A stretch of 62,591 nt of DNA, filler included, from Platydemus manokwari (GCA_037951405.1; 6 parts of 6 records of this genome joined end to end with filler, not necessarily neighbours in it); one strand, 5' to 3'; shown: positions 26,395-38,219, numbered from the whole stretch's first letter. Notes: a model not told the origin generated them from the letters alone. A program made the numbers and translations.

Positions 26395-29300
26395 ATGGTA
26401 CAAGAAACATTTAAACAACTGCAGCTCACAAGGATATGGGGAAACAGGAATTATGTCCTCGCACTAATTGACACCGGGGCGGATACGACAATCGTCAGCC
26501 CACGCATATTAAATCATAACGAGTTAAGCTGTATGCGAGATACCGACATCACCATCACAGGAATCGGTGAAGAAATCGTACGACCAAGCACATTACTGCC
26601 TTGTTAAATCCATTTCACCGATCATACAATTATGGTAACAGTACGAGTATGTAAAAATTGTCCGATCGATTGTATAATCGGAAAAGATGCCATGAAGCAA
26701 TTTAAGGGAATTCACAACGGGAAAACTAATCCGGATAACCAAGGAACGCGACAGAAAAAATCAAGATGTATACATGAGCGACGATTTTTTTAGTCGAACC
26801 GCGTACAGAAGTAATATGTTTTGCGCACACTAGCGGGCCCGATGGCATCGATATGGCATTCGAAAAAATGAAAAATTCGTGGATAAAAGCGGCATGCCAA
26901 TTGGAGCATGTCTTGCAACAATAAAGGATGGAAAAATCTCAATTAGAATAGCTAACCCATCACAGCAACCCCTTCGCATATATGCCGACTCAAAAATGGG
27001 GGAAGTGACCGAATACTATCTAGTCTCGCAAGAGGTGGTTACTACATCGTTGTATGGACCCTTGTAAGCATAAAGCCCATACATAACCAGTTAACAGTGC
27101 AACAGAATCACAGCATTGCTAAATAAATATGAACAGGCATTCGCCAAAAATGAGTATGATCTAGGCCGGTGTAATCTTTTGCAACATGAAATTGAACTAA
27201 TTGATCCACATCCCATTTGTCAGAGAGCTTATTGAGTACCGGTAAGCATGGAGGCGGAAATAAAACGACAAATCGATGAATTATTAGAGCAAGGACACAT
27301 CAGACCCAGCCATTCACCGTGGCGCTCACCTATAGTAATGGTGAAAAAGAAAGGTGGAGCTATGTGCATGTGCATAGACTATCGGAAAGTAAACGAGCAA
27401 ACACGAAAGGACACGTTCCCACTACCTCTCATCGACGAAATGGTCAACCGCGTCAGAACAGCTGATTTGTTCTCTACGCTTGATTTGAAAACAGGCTATA
27501 ATAACATTCAGATGGAAGAGAAGTCCATCCCAATCAAGGCCTTCACAGAAGGAAAAGGGTTATACAAATATATCGTCATGACGTTTGGACTCACAGGAGC
27601 TCCCGCCACCTTTCAGCGAGCAATGAATTTGATGTTAATGAATATCCAACATGCCATGGTGTACATCGTGCGAATGGGCACGAAAGGAGGTCAAATACCT
27701 CGCACATGTAGTATCGGGACAAGGGATCAAACCGGATAGAGCATATATCACGAAGGTAGAACTCTATCCTCGACCAAAAAACATGAAGCAAATCCAAGAG
27801 TTTTTAGGACTCGTCAATTATTGCAGGAAATTCATCAGAAACTGCGCAGCTATATCTGCACCACTAACACAGTTGTTACAGAAGAATAAACCCTTCAGAC
27901 GGGAGAAGGGGCAAGAAGAGGCCTTCACGCAATTAAAACAAGCCCTAATCGCTGAGTCGATACTAAGACATCCGGATATGTCCAAACCGTTTTTAATCAT
28001 GACCGACGCCAGTGGTTACGCAATAGGAGCAGTGTTAGGCCAGATAGACGACACGACAAGCACCACGAGAAAAACTACGCGGTCATAGAATTAGATGCCC
28101 TAACCATAGTGTATGCAGTCGAAAGATTTCGCATTTTTGTCTATGGGCACGAAATACACGTTCTCACAGACCATAGCCCATTACAATGGCTGCTTCAGCA
28201 CCGAGATACGGTGTCACCCCTCATCAGATGGGCGTTGAAACTACAACAATATAACATAAAAATTTGTTATAGAAAAATGAAGACAAATGGAAATGCCGAC
28301 GCACCATCACGAGCAGACCCATGTGAATACAAAATCGATAAGGAAAATGTGTTCACTGCCCTATACTCGTTAACACATGACAATAATACGCAAGAGCAAT
28401 AGCAAGGAGAACACTTATCCTTTCGAAAGACCCATTGGCGCATCCGGCAGAAATATTACTGGTCAGACATGAAATCACACGTAAGACAATGGTGTCAATC
28501 TTGCCAGGTTTGTCAAACCCGGCTAAACACGGGAAACAGACTGAAGGTACTATTGAAGCCATTGCCGGTACCCAGCGCACCAATGGAGAGATTAGCCATA
28601 GACATAAATGGTCCCCTACCACTAAGCAGAAATGGGAATAAGTACATTTTAATGTTTACAGACCACTTAACTCGATGGTCAGAAGCATTCGCACTACCGG
28701 ACAAACAAGCTCGCACCATTTCCAAGACATTTGTTGAAGAGATCGTGTATAGATACGGCGCTCCGCGTTGTTTATTTACCGATTGAAGTACGGAATTCAT
28801 CAATAAAACATAGGAAGCCATTAACGCGCAATTTAAAATTACAAAATTAACCACCACGGCGCATCATCCCCAGTGTAATGGGCTAGTGGAAAGGATAAAT
28901 TAAACCCTAGTGAGCATGCTCACTTCCTACGCCAATTCAAGTCAAATCAATTGGGATGTCCATATATCCTCATGTCTATATGCATACAGAGTAGCAGAAC
29001 AGGCTAACACACTCTACTCACTATTCTTCCTTATGCACCTTTGGAACAGCAATATGCCAGTAGACGTAGAGATAGTGCCCAAACTATCACAGTATATGGA
29101 CGAAGAGGACTACGTGTACGTGATGAAAGAAAGACTCTCAGAGGCTTGGAGCAAAGCCCAACTAAAAATAAAATTCGTCCAGGAGCAAATGAAAGATGCT
29201 CACGACCAGGATGCCAAACCTCATAATCTAAAAGTTGGAGACAATGTCATGCTGGAGAGCAAGGCATGCAAAAAAGGGGTATCACTTAAATTGATCAGAC

Positions 29301-29530
29301 CCTTTAAAGGACTATACGTCATTGAACAAGTCTCAGATGTCAACCTAGTAATACGAGCATGTGGAAAGGGCACGACGGAACCTATATGGGTTCATGCCAA
29401 TAGATGCAAAAAATATATTCCCACAGAATCCTCAATAGAGACGGTCGCGGGAAAACAACGGAAAGAGGCCACCAAGAAGCCGAAAGCAATAACATCCCAT
29501 ACCGGACAATCATCTCATCGATATCCACTC
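26395..29530 (+). pseudogene. pol: Gypsy pol pseudogene (protease, RT, RNase H, integrase)
   Basis: ORF pieces 26395-26607, 27248-27739, 27651-28088, 28109-28402, 28469-28786 and 28910-29677 carry consecutive pol motifs. An internal deletion near 27669 joins VYI directly to the CEWARKEVKYL segment and removes the YxDD aspartates. Confidence 0.93.
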
Positions 29531-30493
29531 GGATCTTTAGCGGTGTTAACAATCTTAAGCATGTTGTCGCTAACCTCGGCAGAAATGGCAGCATTGATAG
29601 AACCGTCTCATGTCATACGATGGAACGATTTTTTGGATAAGTATTCATGCAGCGGACACGGCCGGCTATATCACTAGAGCCAGTGTCGAGTCGGAAAAGG
29701 GTCGAAATGACAGTAAGCTTATAAAAAAATATTATAAATTCACGGATTTGGTACCACAAAGCGTGGTCACCTTGACAATAACCCAATGGAAATGGGACCC
29801 TCACACATGGTATCGAAGGAAAATTGAACCAGACCGCATACGCTGTCAAAGAAAGGTTGAAATTAAAATGAAGGCATATACAAACAGGCCTATGTCTTGT
29901 AAAATGAAGCCGAAATAATCATAACCAAGATGAGGAGCAAGCGTGGTATGATCATCGGAACCATAACTAGTCGAGATATAAAAGACTTTTTCATGCTAAC
30001 GGACAAGAGGTAGAGAACACCTCGAGACAGATGTGTCACATACCGGATACGGTTGAAAGTCGTAATTTCACCAACAAAACATCTTGTATCGGGAGCAAGT
30101 CAAGTATGTTGATCCGGACCCTGGCTGTTACAGGAACTTTAAGCAGTCATCAACCACCAAGATAACAAGCACAACAGTGAGACCAGCGCACAGGATTCAA
30201 CGACCATCTTGGTTTAAAGCTCGCGACAAAAAGAGGAAACGGATAACAGTTAAATAGGAGACAATCCCGGAGGACTTAACAACGGGACTAATAATACTAA
30301 GCAACATCACACACAGTATGCAAGTCAAGACACAAAAGAAGGACAGGAGGTAGCAGAGAATATGGCAATAATCCTGACTACCTGCCTAATTAGTTTAGCA
30401 ATAATCGTGCCCATCACGATATGTGTCATGCTACACCTCGAACAGAGGGAGCATCAGTACGTTGATGAAACGTACTATGCCTCGACAGTATAA
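29530..30493 (+). pseudogene. Putative env-like type-I membrane protein region fused downstream of integrase (decayed)
   Basis: In frame after integrase: HRYPLGS, then the hydrophobic LAVLTILSMLSLTSA-E (signal-peptide-like). Further downstream, NGT and NNT sequons precede a TM-like MAIILTTCLISLAIIVPITICVML (from 30362), a 20-aa tail, a TAA stop at 30491-30493 and AATAAA. Confidence 0.45.
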
Positions 30494-30670
30494 AATAAAT
30501 AAATCTACGTACCTTAAGCCTTATATATGTATGTAAATAAAATATCCCTATTATAAATGGGATGACAAAATAGCGAAAGCAATATTGATCATTCCAAACC
30601 GTTCATCTCAATCATGATAAAATTGTTGTCTCAACATTATTACTTCTGCTAATGTGTTATTATTTTTTAG

Positions 30671-31430
30671 AAATCATCAACTCAGAAGCCATCCACTCAG
30701 AAGCCAGCAAACAGGCCAGCGATGCAAAGACAACCAATTCCTCTGCATAACTACAACATTTCTTCCTCCCCCACCAATCTCCCAGTGTTTGCAAGTACAT
30801 ATCGAAAAAGGCTCCTGGGAAGAGCTATCACCAATTAATGCTCCAACATAGAGCTAGAGGCGAGCGAATAAAATGCTTCGCCGACCATACGCGGCTGCCA
30901 AACGACCTCAAGTTTAGGACGGCACGGCAGTCATTATGGAAGTTGCCGGAAGACAATAAGACAATACCGCTTCCAGTGGGTGTATGGAAACAAGTTCATG
31001 TTTACTTGCACACCACTACGGAGCCCGTGTCAATATGGATGGGTGTTGCCGAGGAAATGATAGAATTGGCACCACACTACACCTTCGACATAGATATCTG
31101 CGACCAGAGATTGTGCAAGGCCACCATAGAAACCTTCGCACCAAACACAACTCTGGTAATGGAAAGAGAAGGACCCGAACAAACTGGGTACCACTCTCTC
31201 TAAGAGAGGTGTACTCGTACCACTCATTTATCCGCCAGAAGCTAAGTGTAGTAGAAATCAGGAAACAATTATTAATTCTCAATACCCGAATGGTAGCCAC
31301 AGTGGATATGACAATACAGCAGGCAACCGAAAACTCATTAGTTGCCGTAACAATCATTGATTACTGGAGCCAAGTCATCAAATTAGCAAAAGGGACTCAA
31401 CTGACGATTGTTATGATTTTTCAACTTTAA
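30671..31430 (+). pseudogene. Additional accessory coding region of the Gypsy element, unknown product
   Basis: GC-richer, codon-like sequence (ORFs 30838-31203 and 30984-31430) starting after an acceptor-like TATTTTTTAG (30670) and lying upstream of the putative PPT/LTR. Confidence 0.4.
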
Positions 31431-31625
31431 TTATTGTGATACTCATCAACCTTCTGTCTCTTGTTGCTATGTTAAGACTCCATTATGGGTATGCATGTAA
31501 ATAATTTAAAAAAATAATAATTAAATTATGTAAAGTGTAGTTTCCTAAACTCTTTCAATGTTGACCGTCTTACTTCTAATCTTTAAACTGTAATTAATTT
31601 TCTGGACGAAAATCCGAAGAAGTGA

Positions 31626-32499
31626 TGTGATATATCACCATAGCAACACTAAATTCGAAATAAAATAAATCATCAAATCCGACGAACGCCCACATTAAAA
31701 ATTTCTATAAAATAGCGGGCAACGTAGGCGATTTGCCACAAAATTTTTGCCTCAATACATCATAGATTGGGATTGAAAATTTCCACAAAATTTTTTCCCC
31801 CAAAAATTCTGTATTCGTAAGTTGGATACATTTCTCGGCATTGTCAAATCCTCAGCCACCTTCGTACATTGTTATCTTCATTCCTGTATATATCATGCCT
31901 TCAAGTCTCATCAAATTTACATTATGATGCAATCAGTAATTTTTACAATTAATTATATGAGTATCGTGCAAACTCGAAAGAGTTTGTACTGATACTCATT
32001 CTTAAAAATCATTTAGCGGGACAAAGGCTGGAGCATTTGTACCTAGTTCATCGTAAGCTGTAAAGCCGCAAGGATTTGCAGACGTCATCTTTAATTTATA
32101 AGTTAAAATCACATCTCTTTTAGTTTATCGTCCGAATCAAGGAGGCACTTAGTTCATTACGTCGGTTTGTTTTAAACTCTTCAAGATACGACACTACTCT
32201 CTGTCAAATTCTTGCACGACACATTCGTTAATTTTTATTATGATAAACGTATTGTATTACGATTTCGTTACCATTCTTATCATTACTATATTTTACAGTA
32301 TAACGACACGCAACCTATTTACTGATTAAAGTCGGATTATTGGTGGAATAATCATTATTCCGGTTCTAATAATCACTTAATAGTGCATAGATAATTCATC
32401 GAGTTCTGCTAGTTGAATTATCTCTTAGAATCACTCACCAGATACTAATTAACACAGGCTAGTAGGATTCCATCAAAACCAATAAAGACCCACGTAACA
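31626..32499 (+). repeat. Probable 3' LTR of the Gypsy element
   Basis: Purine-rich GAAAATCCGAAGAAGTGA (decayed PPT) followed by TGTGATA. TATA-like CTATAAAAT near 31705. AATAAA (32481) shortly before the CGTAACA end. No partner LTR in the contig to confirm the boundaries. Confidence 0.45.
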
Positions 32500-33989
32500 T
32501 TTGAGCCATTCTTGGGGTACGGTATCATTGGTGAGAAATTGACAAATAAAATAAACAGAGTTGCATTTGAATCGTGTTCTATGATCTTCTCCATTATTAA
32601 TAGCGACGTTAGTAATGAAGTTGGAACTGATTTCTATTTTTTCTAATTTTCTCTAAGAAACTGAATCCTAAATTTGTAGTCCGTTGTAGATTAGTCTGAG
32701 AAGTGCAACTTTGATGGTTTTACAAGCTTTTTCGAGCTAATCTAGATATCTAAAATGATGTTATTGCAGCTTGAACGATAATCAACATTTGTGGTGGGTC
32801 ATTAGCACTGGCTACTGTGTTTTCAATTTCTTTCACCAGCATTAAATGTGTTAGATAACTAGTTCCTGGCTCATTATTAAGTGACAGTTTGCGAAATATT
32901 TGGATATTGTTTGGTTTTTGAAGGAATGGAGTATGAAACACCACTACTTCATTAATGTGGTCCAGGACGTGTGGGTTGACTAAATGCCATAGTTGGATCA
33001 TATCAGTTGCTTTGAACTATCTATAAGTTAAGAAAGTTTGAACAGGATGGATTCTTTGACTTAGTGTTTTATTAGATCAGTGAGTCCAGCTTATACCATA
33101 TTGATTTCTGGCCATATGATAAGTATTGGGATGCAGGATAGATAAAAGAGGCGAATGATTGAGGTTGATCAATAATATATAAATTCTAATGTTTACCAAA
33201 TCACATTGGATTAACTATAAAGCTTTTTTCCATATTGAAGTTTTTGAAATTGAAATGTTAGATAGAAACTTTCGACATTGCTTTGAGTTGTGTCGAAGTC
33301 TTCAGATTTTCTAAATGTGTACTTTCGATTTAACATGTCTGCTTTACATTGTTTAAATGATGTGTTTAAATATGATTACATTATTGATCAATAAAATGTA
33401 AAACTAATCAAAAAAATTATATTATTAATTTTAAAATTGATGAAAATGAGAAATAAGGGATAAAGTGATTATTTGATATATCATATTCTTGAGCTGTATA
33501 AAATAATATTCTAGAGGGAATTCACAACAAACATTATGCATGCAATTCCACCCAAAAACACCATATGAAAAAAATAATTATCAATTTTGATATCTTTAAT
33601 AACTCCATCCGATGTTATTAGAGGTAACTGAAAATATAGATTTAAAACATGATAATGGAAATTTCAAAAAAAAATTGAACAATACCAGAACATGATAATT
33701 AATAAATTAGATAAACACTGGTACATAGCTTATGATAACGAAACTGAAATGAAATTGAGAGGAAATGTTATAATATATCATGTAATATTGGGTTTCTACT
33801 TTGTTGTATTATATTGAATTACAATAGTTAAAATTTCGAAATTGTCTGTGCAAGTTAATAATTCGAATTTAAATATTTAAAAACTTCATCTTCCAAATGT
33901 TCATTGAAATAATAATTTTAAATATTGTAAATTATTTTGATATTTTTCAAAATTGTTATAAAAATAAACCTTTTTATTGAAATGTTTTG

Positions 33990-34099
33990 ATAGTCAGAAG
34001 GCGCCAAGTCTGGGCTATATGTCGGGTGGGGCAGAACTTCCCACCCGCTATTTTCTAAATAGGTTTTAACGGGTTGAGCAACATGTGGCCGAGCATTGT
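33990..34099 (-). mobile_element. Mariner transposase fragment at contig end
   Basis: Minus strand translates (D)NARPHVAQPVKTYLENSGWEVLPHPTYSPDLAPSDY, containing the diagnostic mariner YSPDLAPSD motif. Confidence 0.93.
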
Positions 34100-34199
34100 N
34101 NNNNNNNNNNNNNNNNNNNNNNNNNNNNNNNNNNNNNNNNNNNTTAATTAATTAANNNNNNNNNNNNNNNNNNNNNNNNNNNNNNNNNNNNNNNNNNNN
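34100..34199. other. Artificial contig linker
   Basis: N44-TTAATTAATTAA-N44. Confidence 0.97.
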
Positions 34200-34545
34200 A
34201 AACGCATATAAAAATGTTACATTTATTACTTAAGTAATTTTTGCTATAAACAATCCATTACAATTAATTTTTTATCTAGCATCAAACATAAACTAATTAT
34301 CAGAATTTAAATCAAGATCTTTCAGAGCAATCTTTATCATATATTATGTAACACTGTTATTAAATTATTTTAATTTTATTTTATTAAACATAAATATTCA
34401 AAGTAAAGATAGGGCATAAAGAATTTAAAAGTGAATATATTTAAACATAAATGCGGCGTTTAAATTTTTCAAATCTTAGCAGATTAATTAATTTGAAAGT
34501 AATGTTTTTGATTTTACACTTTTTTGAGTTAAATATTTTGATTAG

Positions 34546-35987
34546 ATGGCATCTAAAATAACAGGAAAATTAAACCCTTCAATCACTGGATTGGATCCAA
34601 GTTTTAAATTAACAAAGTTCACCAATTTGAAAGGATGAGGATGTAAAGTTCCTCAAGCGGTACTGAAAGAACTGCTTGTGGAACTTACAAACTCCGGATT
34701 TAACAACGAAGGTGACACTAAATCATCTCTTGTTAAACCATTGATAGGTTATACATTATTGCAACTAGTATATGAACTAATATCGGATTTTAGGTGTTGG
34801 CTTAGATTCTTGTGTTATTCCTTTAAAATTTAATAATTTACAACTTGTTCAAACAACTGATTTCTTTTATCCATTAATTGATGATCCATATACTATGGTT
34901 ATTTGTAATTTTATTATGAAGTTTTAAATAATATTTTCCATGTACATTGGTTGTTGTTTTCTAACGACGTATTTAATTGTAGGGTCGTATTGCATGTTGT
35001 AACGTTTTGAGTGATTTATATGCTATGGGAGTGGATTCGTGTGATAATTTGCTCATGCTTCTTGGTGTTAGTAGTCTTATGACCGAAATGGAACAAAAAA
35101 TCGCAATACCTCTTATGATTAAAGGTTTCAATGTATGTTTATTTGAATCATTTTAAATATGGTGAGGAAAACAATAGGAATTTATTGATGTTTGATTGTA
35201 TCAGGAATGTGCAGCAGAGGCCGGATCAAGTGTTCAAGGAGGACAAACTGTTGTTAATCCTTGGCTTCTCATAGGTGGTGTGGCTACATCTGTGTGTTCA
35301 AGAGATGAAATGATAATGTTTATTTACAATAATTGTGTAGAATATCCATTGAAATCATCTAATATAGGCCTCATAATGCTATTGAAGGTGATGTTCTCGT
35401 GCTCACAAAACCATTGGGTACCCAAATAGCTGTCAATGCGTATCAGTGGATGACAGATCAAATGCCTCGATATGATAAAATCAAAACCCTTGTCAAACCA
35501 GTCGAGATTGAAGATCTATTTGAGAAAGCCACCAATCAAATGGCTTCACTTAATCGACAGGGTTGTGACACACACACTATATATGAGGTTGATATTTGAT
35601 TTCAATGTTTGTCATTTAGGTGCATCACTGTTGCGCAAATATCAAGCGCACGCTTGTACGGATGTGACTGGATTTGGTTTGCTTGGACATGCGACAAATC
35701 TTGTCGAAACCCAACAGGCCAGTGTTGATTTTGTGATTAATAGGCTGCCATGTTTGAAATTTGCCATGGAGATCGATACGGCTTTGGATGGAGCTATGAA
35801 GTTGAGGAGGGGATTTTCACCTGAAACATCTGGTGGACTTTTTGCTGCTATAGACAAAGATCGAGTTGATGCGTTTGTTGAGGAAATGAATTCTCTCAGT
35901 GGATGTCGAGCTTGGATTGTTGGAACTGTGACGCGAGGTTCGAGAAAGGCTTGGATTGAAGAAAATGCGGAAATTATTAATGTTTAA
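34546..35987 (+). CDS. SEPHS2: Selenophosphate synthetase 2 (selenoprotein; Sec at codon 31), 6 exons, 376 aa
   Basis: Exons 34546-34747, 34794-34897, 34983-35132, 35205-35317, 35368-35561 and 35620-35987; all GT-AG, phases consistent, 1131 nt in total. Motifs LTKFTNLKG(UGA)GCKVPQ (TGA at 34636-34638), [48 protein letters not shown] and PETSGGL. Confidence 0.96.
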
Positions 35988-36000
35988 TGCTTTAAAAGTT

Positions 36001-36069
36001 GCATCAATCTTATGAGTTTAGAGCCATAAAATAGTTTCTATTCGGCCCTAGACGATGCTTTATTGATGC
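36001..36069 (+). promoter_or_regulatory. Eukaryotic SECIS element (type II) in the SEPHS2 3' UTR
   Basis: Helix I GCATCAAT/ATTGATGC. Core A-UGA-G (36012-36016) opposite C-GA-U (36053-36056). Helix II TTTAGAGCC/GGCCCTAGA with one mismatch. An AA run begins 11 nt after the core, and an apical mini-stem AATAG-ttt-CTATT follows. Confidence 0.92.
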
Positions 36070-37304
36070 CGCTCTCATTCTTTATCATTCCAGTGTGTGT
36101 GTGTGTTTATTTGTGTGGCTTTATAAAAATATATACATGCTTGTTGTCATGAGTTACCATTTAACCTGGATATTTCGTTACTTAGATAATATTGATTGTG
36201 ATTTCAGCACACAATGATTTACAGAGCCAGTTCAAATTGTATTAATTCCAATCAGTTTATAGAATTTATCGATTTAATTCATTATCAGTGAAATAAATAT
36301 GTGGTGCTGCATGTGCTATATTTCATTGATTTATTGATTTCACTATGTGCACTTTGATTTTTAACGAAGAATTGTAAATTCGTATATATATGAAATGGTT
36401 AGAAATATCTCAGAAGAATCGATAACTTTTATAAGTTGATTTTTACTAAATTTCAGTGCATGTAATCAATTTATTTTTCTTTGAAACTGCCACTCAATTG
36501 AACATTATTTACACAATGAATTAATTTATACTCAATTAAAATTAAAAATAACTTATAAATAACATGTGTTGAAGTAAAATATTGTTAGAGTTGGATATTG
36601 TAGCCGTGATGTCTAAGCAATTGAAATTTATTTGACAATCCATTATATTGTTAAATTATTACAAGGAGGATATTAATATGATAAAATTTTATGATTTAAC
36701 ATCAAGTCATTGGAATATTTAATATTTGAATATAAACTTTAAAATTATATAATTTCCTGTCTATTACAAGAGAAACAGCATTCTCTTTTAATATAAGCTT
36801 TAAATTTAATGAATTAACTAGTAAACTTGTTGTAAATTTAAGTAAAAATACTATTTAAGTATTAACTGAATACGAGCAGCCATTGAGGGGATTGATATTT
36901 CAGTTAAATGTTTTTTATAAAGCCAAAACAAAGTAAATTATTGAGATCGAAATAAAGATTTTCTTCTCTCAATGTTTATGTTTCAATTGATGCCAACATT
37001 TGAATGACTGAATAAAATTAATTGAATTGAATACTTGTCAATTTTAAAATACAAAAAAATAAAAATTAATTTTATTAACTTCTATTTAATTGTTTTTTTT
37101 AATTTCTCGATAATAATCAAGAAGATGGAAAGATGGGCTAATTATGATTATTTAAAACTTCATTTTAGTGTTCATATTAATTGTAATATTATAATTTATC
37201 TAATGAAGCTATGACGAAAAATATGTTATTCTGCTTGAAATATTCATTTATGAAACAATTCAATTAATCGATAAAATATCGAACAGTACATAATCATAAA
37301 CGAT

Positions 37305-38219
37305 CTAAATATGACTCAATGTTCCCATCATTATACTCTTCTGTCTATTATGAATTGAGTATCGAAATTCTTCATTTTGATAATTGTAGAAATTTCGAAG
37401 ATAATTTTTTGCCGTGAAAACAATCCACACAACAAGGCAAAATATCAGAAGCATAGCCAGAACGACTAGTCCCATCCCTCTCCACTGTGCTTGAGATTCT
37501 TCATTACTAGTTTGTGGAGAAAATAGAAACAGTGCCGCTTTTATGCAAAAATATACTGCTGTGATGGTGCTTGGCACAAGGAAAAGAAAACACAAACTAT
37601 CACCTACGAAGGATTTTTGGCGAGAAATTTGTTGGAACCACATTCTGCAATTTGGTTTCTTCTTTCGCATATCATACTTGCATTTACAAATCTCACAGTG
37701 TTCATTTGCTGAAATCTGTATCCATTGCTCCAAGCACGAAGAATGCATCAAGCCCACTGTTCCTTTACAACGGCATGGTGAAAGTAGCTTTTCATTATCC
37801 TTCTCGTAGTCGAGACAAATCCGACATTTCAACATTGATATTCTAGACGAATTTCTAAAATTTGAATTCTGTTGCTCACTAAACGAGGAGTTTTGAACGT
37901 TCCAAGAACTACTTTGATTCGTAGATATTTTATCTGGGGTTGTTTGAACTGATATTGATACCACAGCGTAATTGGTTAAATCAAAAGACACTTTAGTATC
38001 AGGATTCCCAGAAAGTCCTGGTTCTGGGGATAGACTCAATCTTGGGATCGCAGATAAAACACTGCCTGAATTGATTGAATGATCTGATAAACAATCAATG
38101 GATTGATTGTGTAAATCCAAATTGACTCCAGAAGGCCTCGGGGTATCTGGGAATCTATCAGTTATCATTTTATTGCTTTCAGTTGGTGTTGAAGTTATGT
38201 AATCCTCTCTGAACTGCAT
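37305..38219 (-). CDS. MARCH-family RING-CH E3 ubiquitin ligase (MARCH2/3-like), 304 aa, single coding exon
   Basis: C4HC3 RING-variant CRIC...SPCRCKGTVGLMHSSCLEQW...CEICK, followed by two hydrophobic TM segments (DSLCFLFLVPSTITAVYFCI and GLVVLAMLLIFCLVVWIVF). Ser-rich low-complexity N-terminus. Confidence 0.92.
   Translation of the reverse strand: MQFREDYITSTPTESNKMITDRFPDTPRPSGVNLDLHNQSIDCLSDHSINSGSVLSAIPRLSLSPEPGLSGNPDTKVSFDLTNYAVVSISVQTTPDKISTNQSSSWNVQNSSFSEQQNSNFRNSSRISMLKCRICLDYEKDNEKLLSPCRCKGTVGLMHSSCLEQWIQISANEHCEICKCKYDMRKKKPNCRMWFQQISRQKSFVGDSLCFLFLVPSTITAVYFCIKAALFLFSPQTSNEESQAQWRGMGLVVLAMLLIFCLVVWIVFTAKNYLRNFYNYQNEEFRYSIHNRQKSIMMGTLSHI

Larger units (their letters stand above)
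26165..32499 (+). mobile_element. Decayed, 5'-truncated Ty3/Gypsy LTR retrotransposon (PR-RT-RH-IN order) with extra 3' coding regions and probable 3' LTR
   Basis: GC-richer island. Protease LALIDTGAD; RT SPWRSPIVMVKKK...MCIDYRKVN...LDLKTGY...MTFGLTGAPATFQR; RNase H FLIMTDASGYAIGAVLGQ and TDHSPLQWL; integrase YYWSDM...CQSCQVCQ, LAIDING, HPQCNGLVERIN and a GPY/F-like FKGLYVI. Many stops, frameshifts and deletions. Confidence 0.95.

Noticed and set aside
32500-33180. Minus-strand ORF 32750-33001 and surroundings as a second integrase remnant
   Set aside because: Slightly GC-richer and TE-like, but no DDE or zinc-finger motif could be read with confidence.
34021-34060. GC-rich hairpin CGGGTGGG...CCCACCCG that resembles a terminator or Helitron end
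   Set aside because: Fully explained as minus-strand mariner coding sequence (GWEVLPHP).
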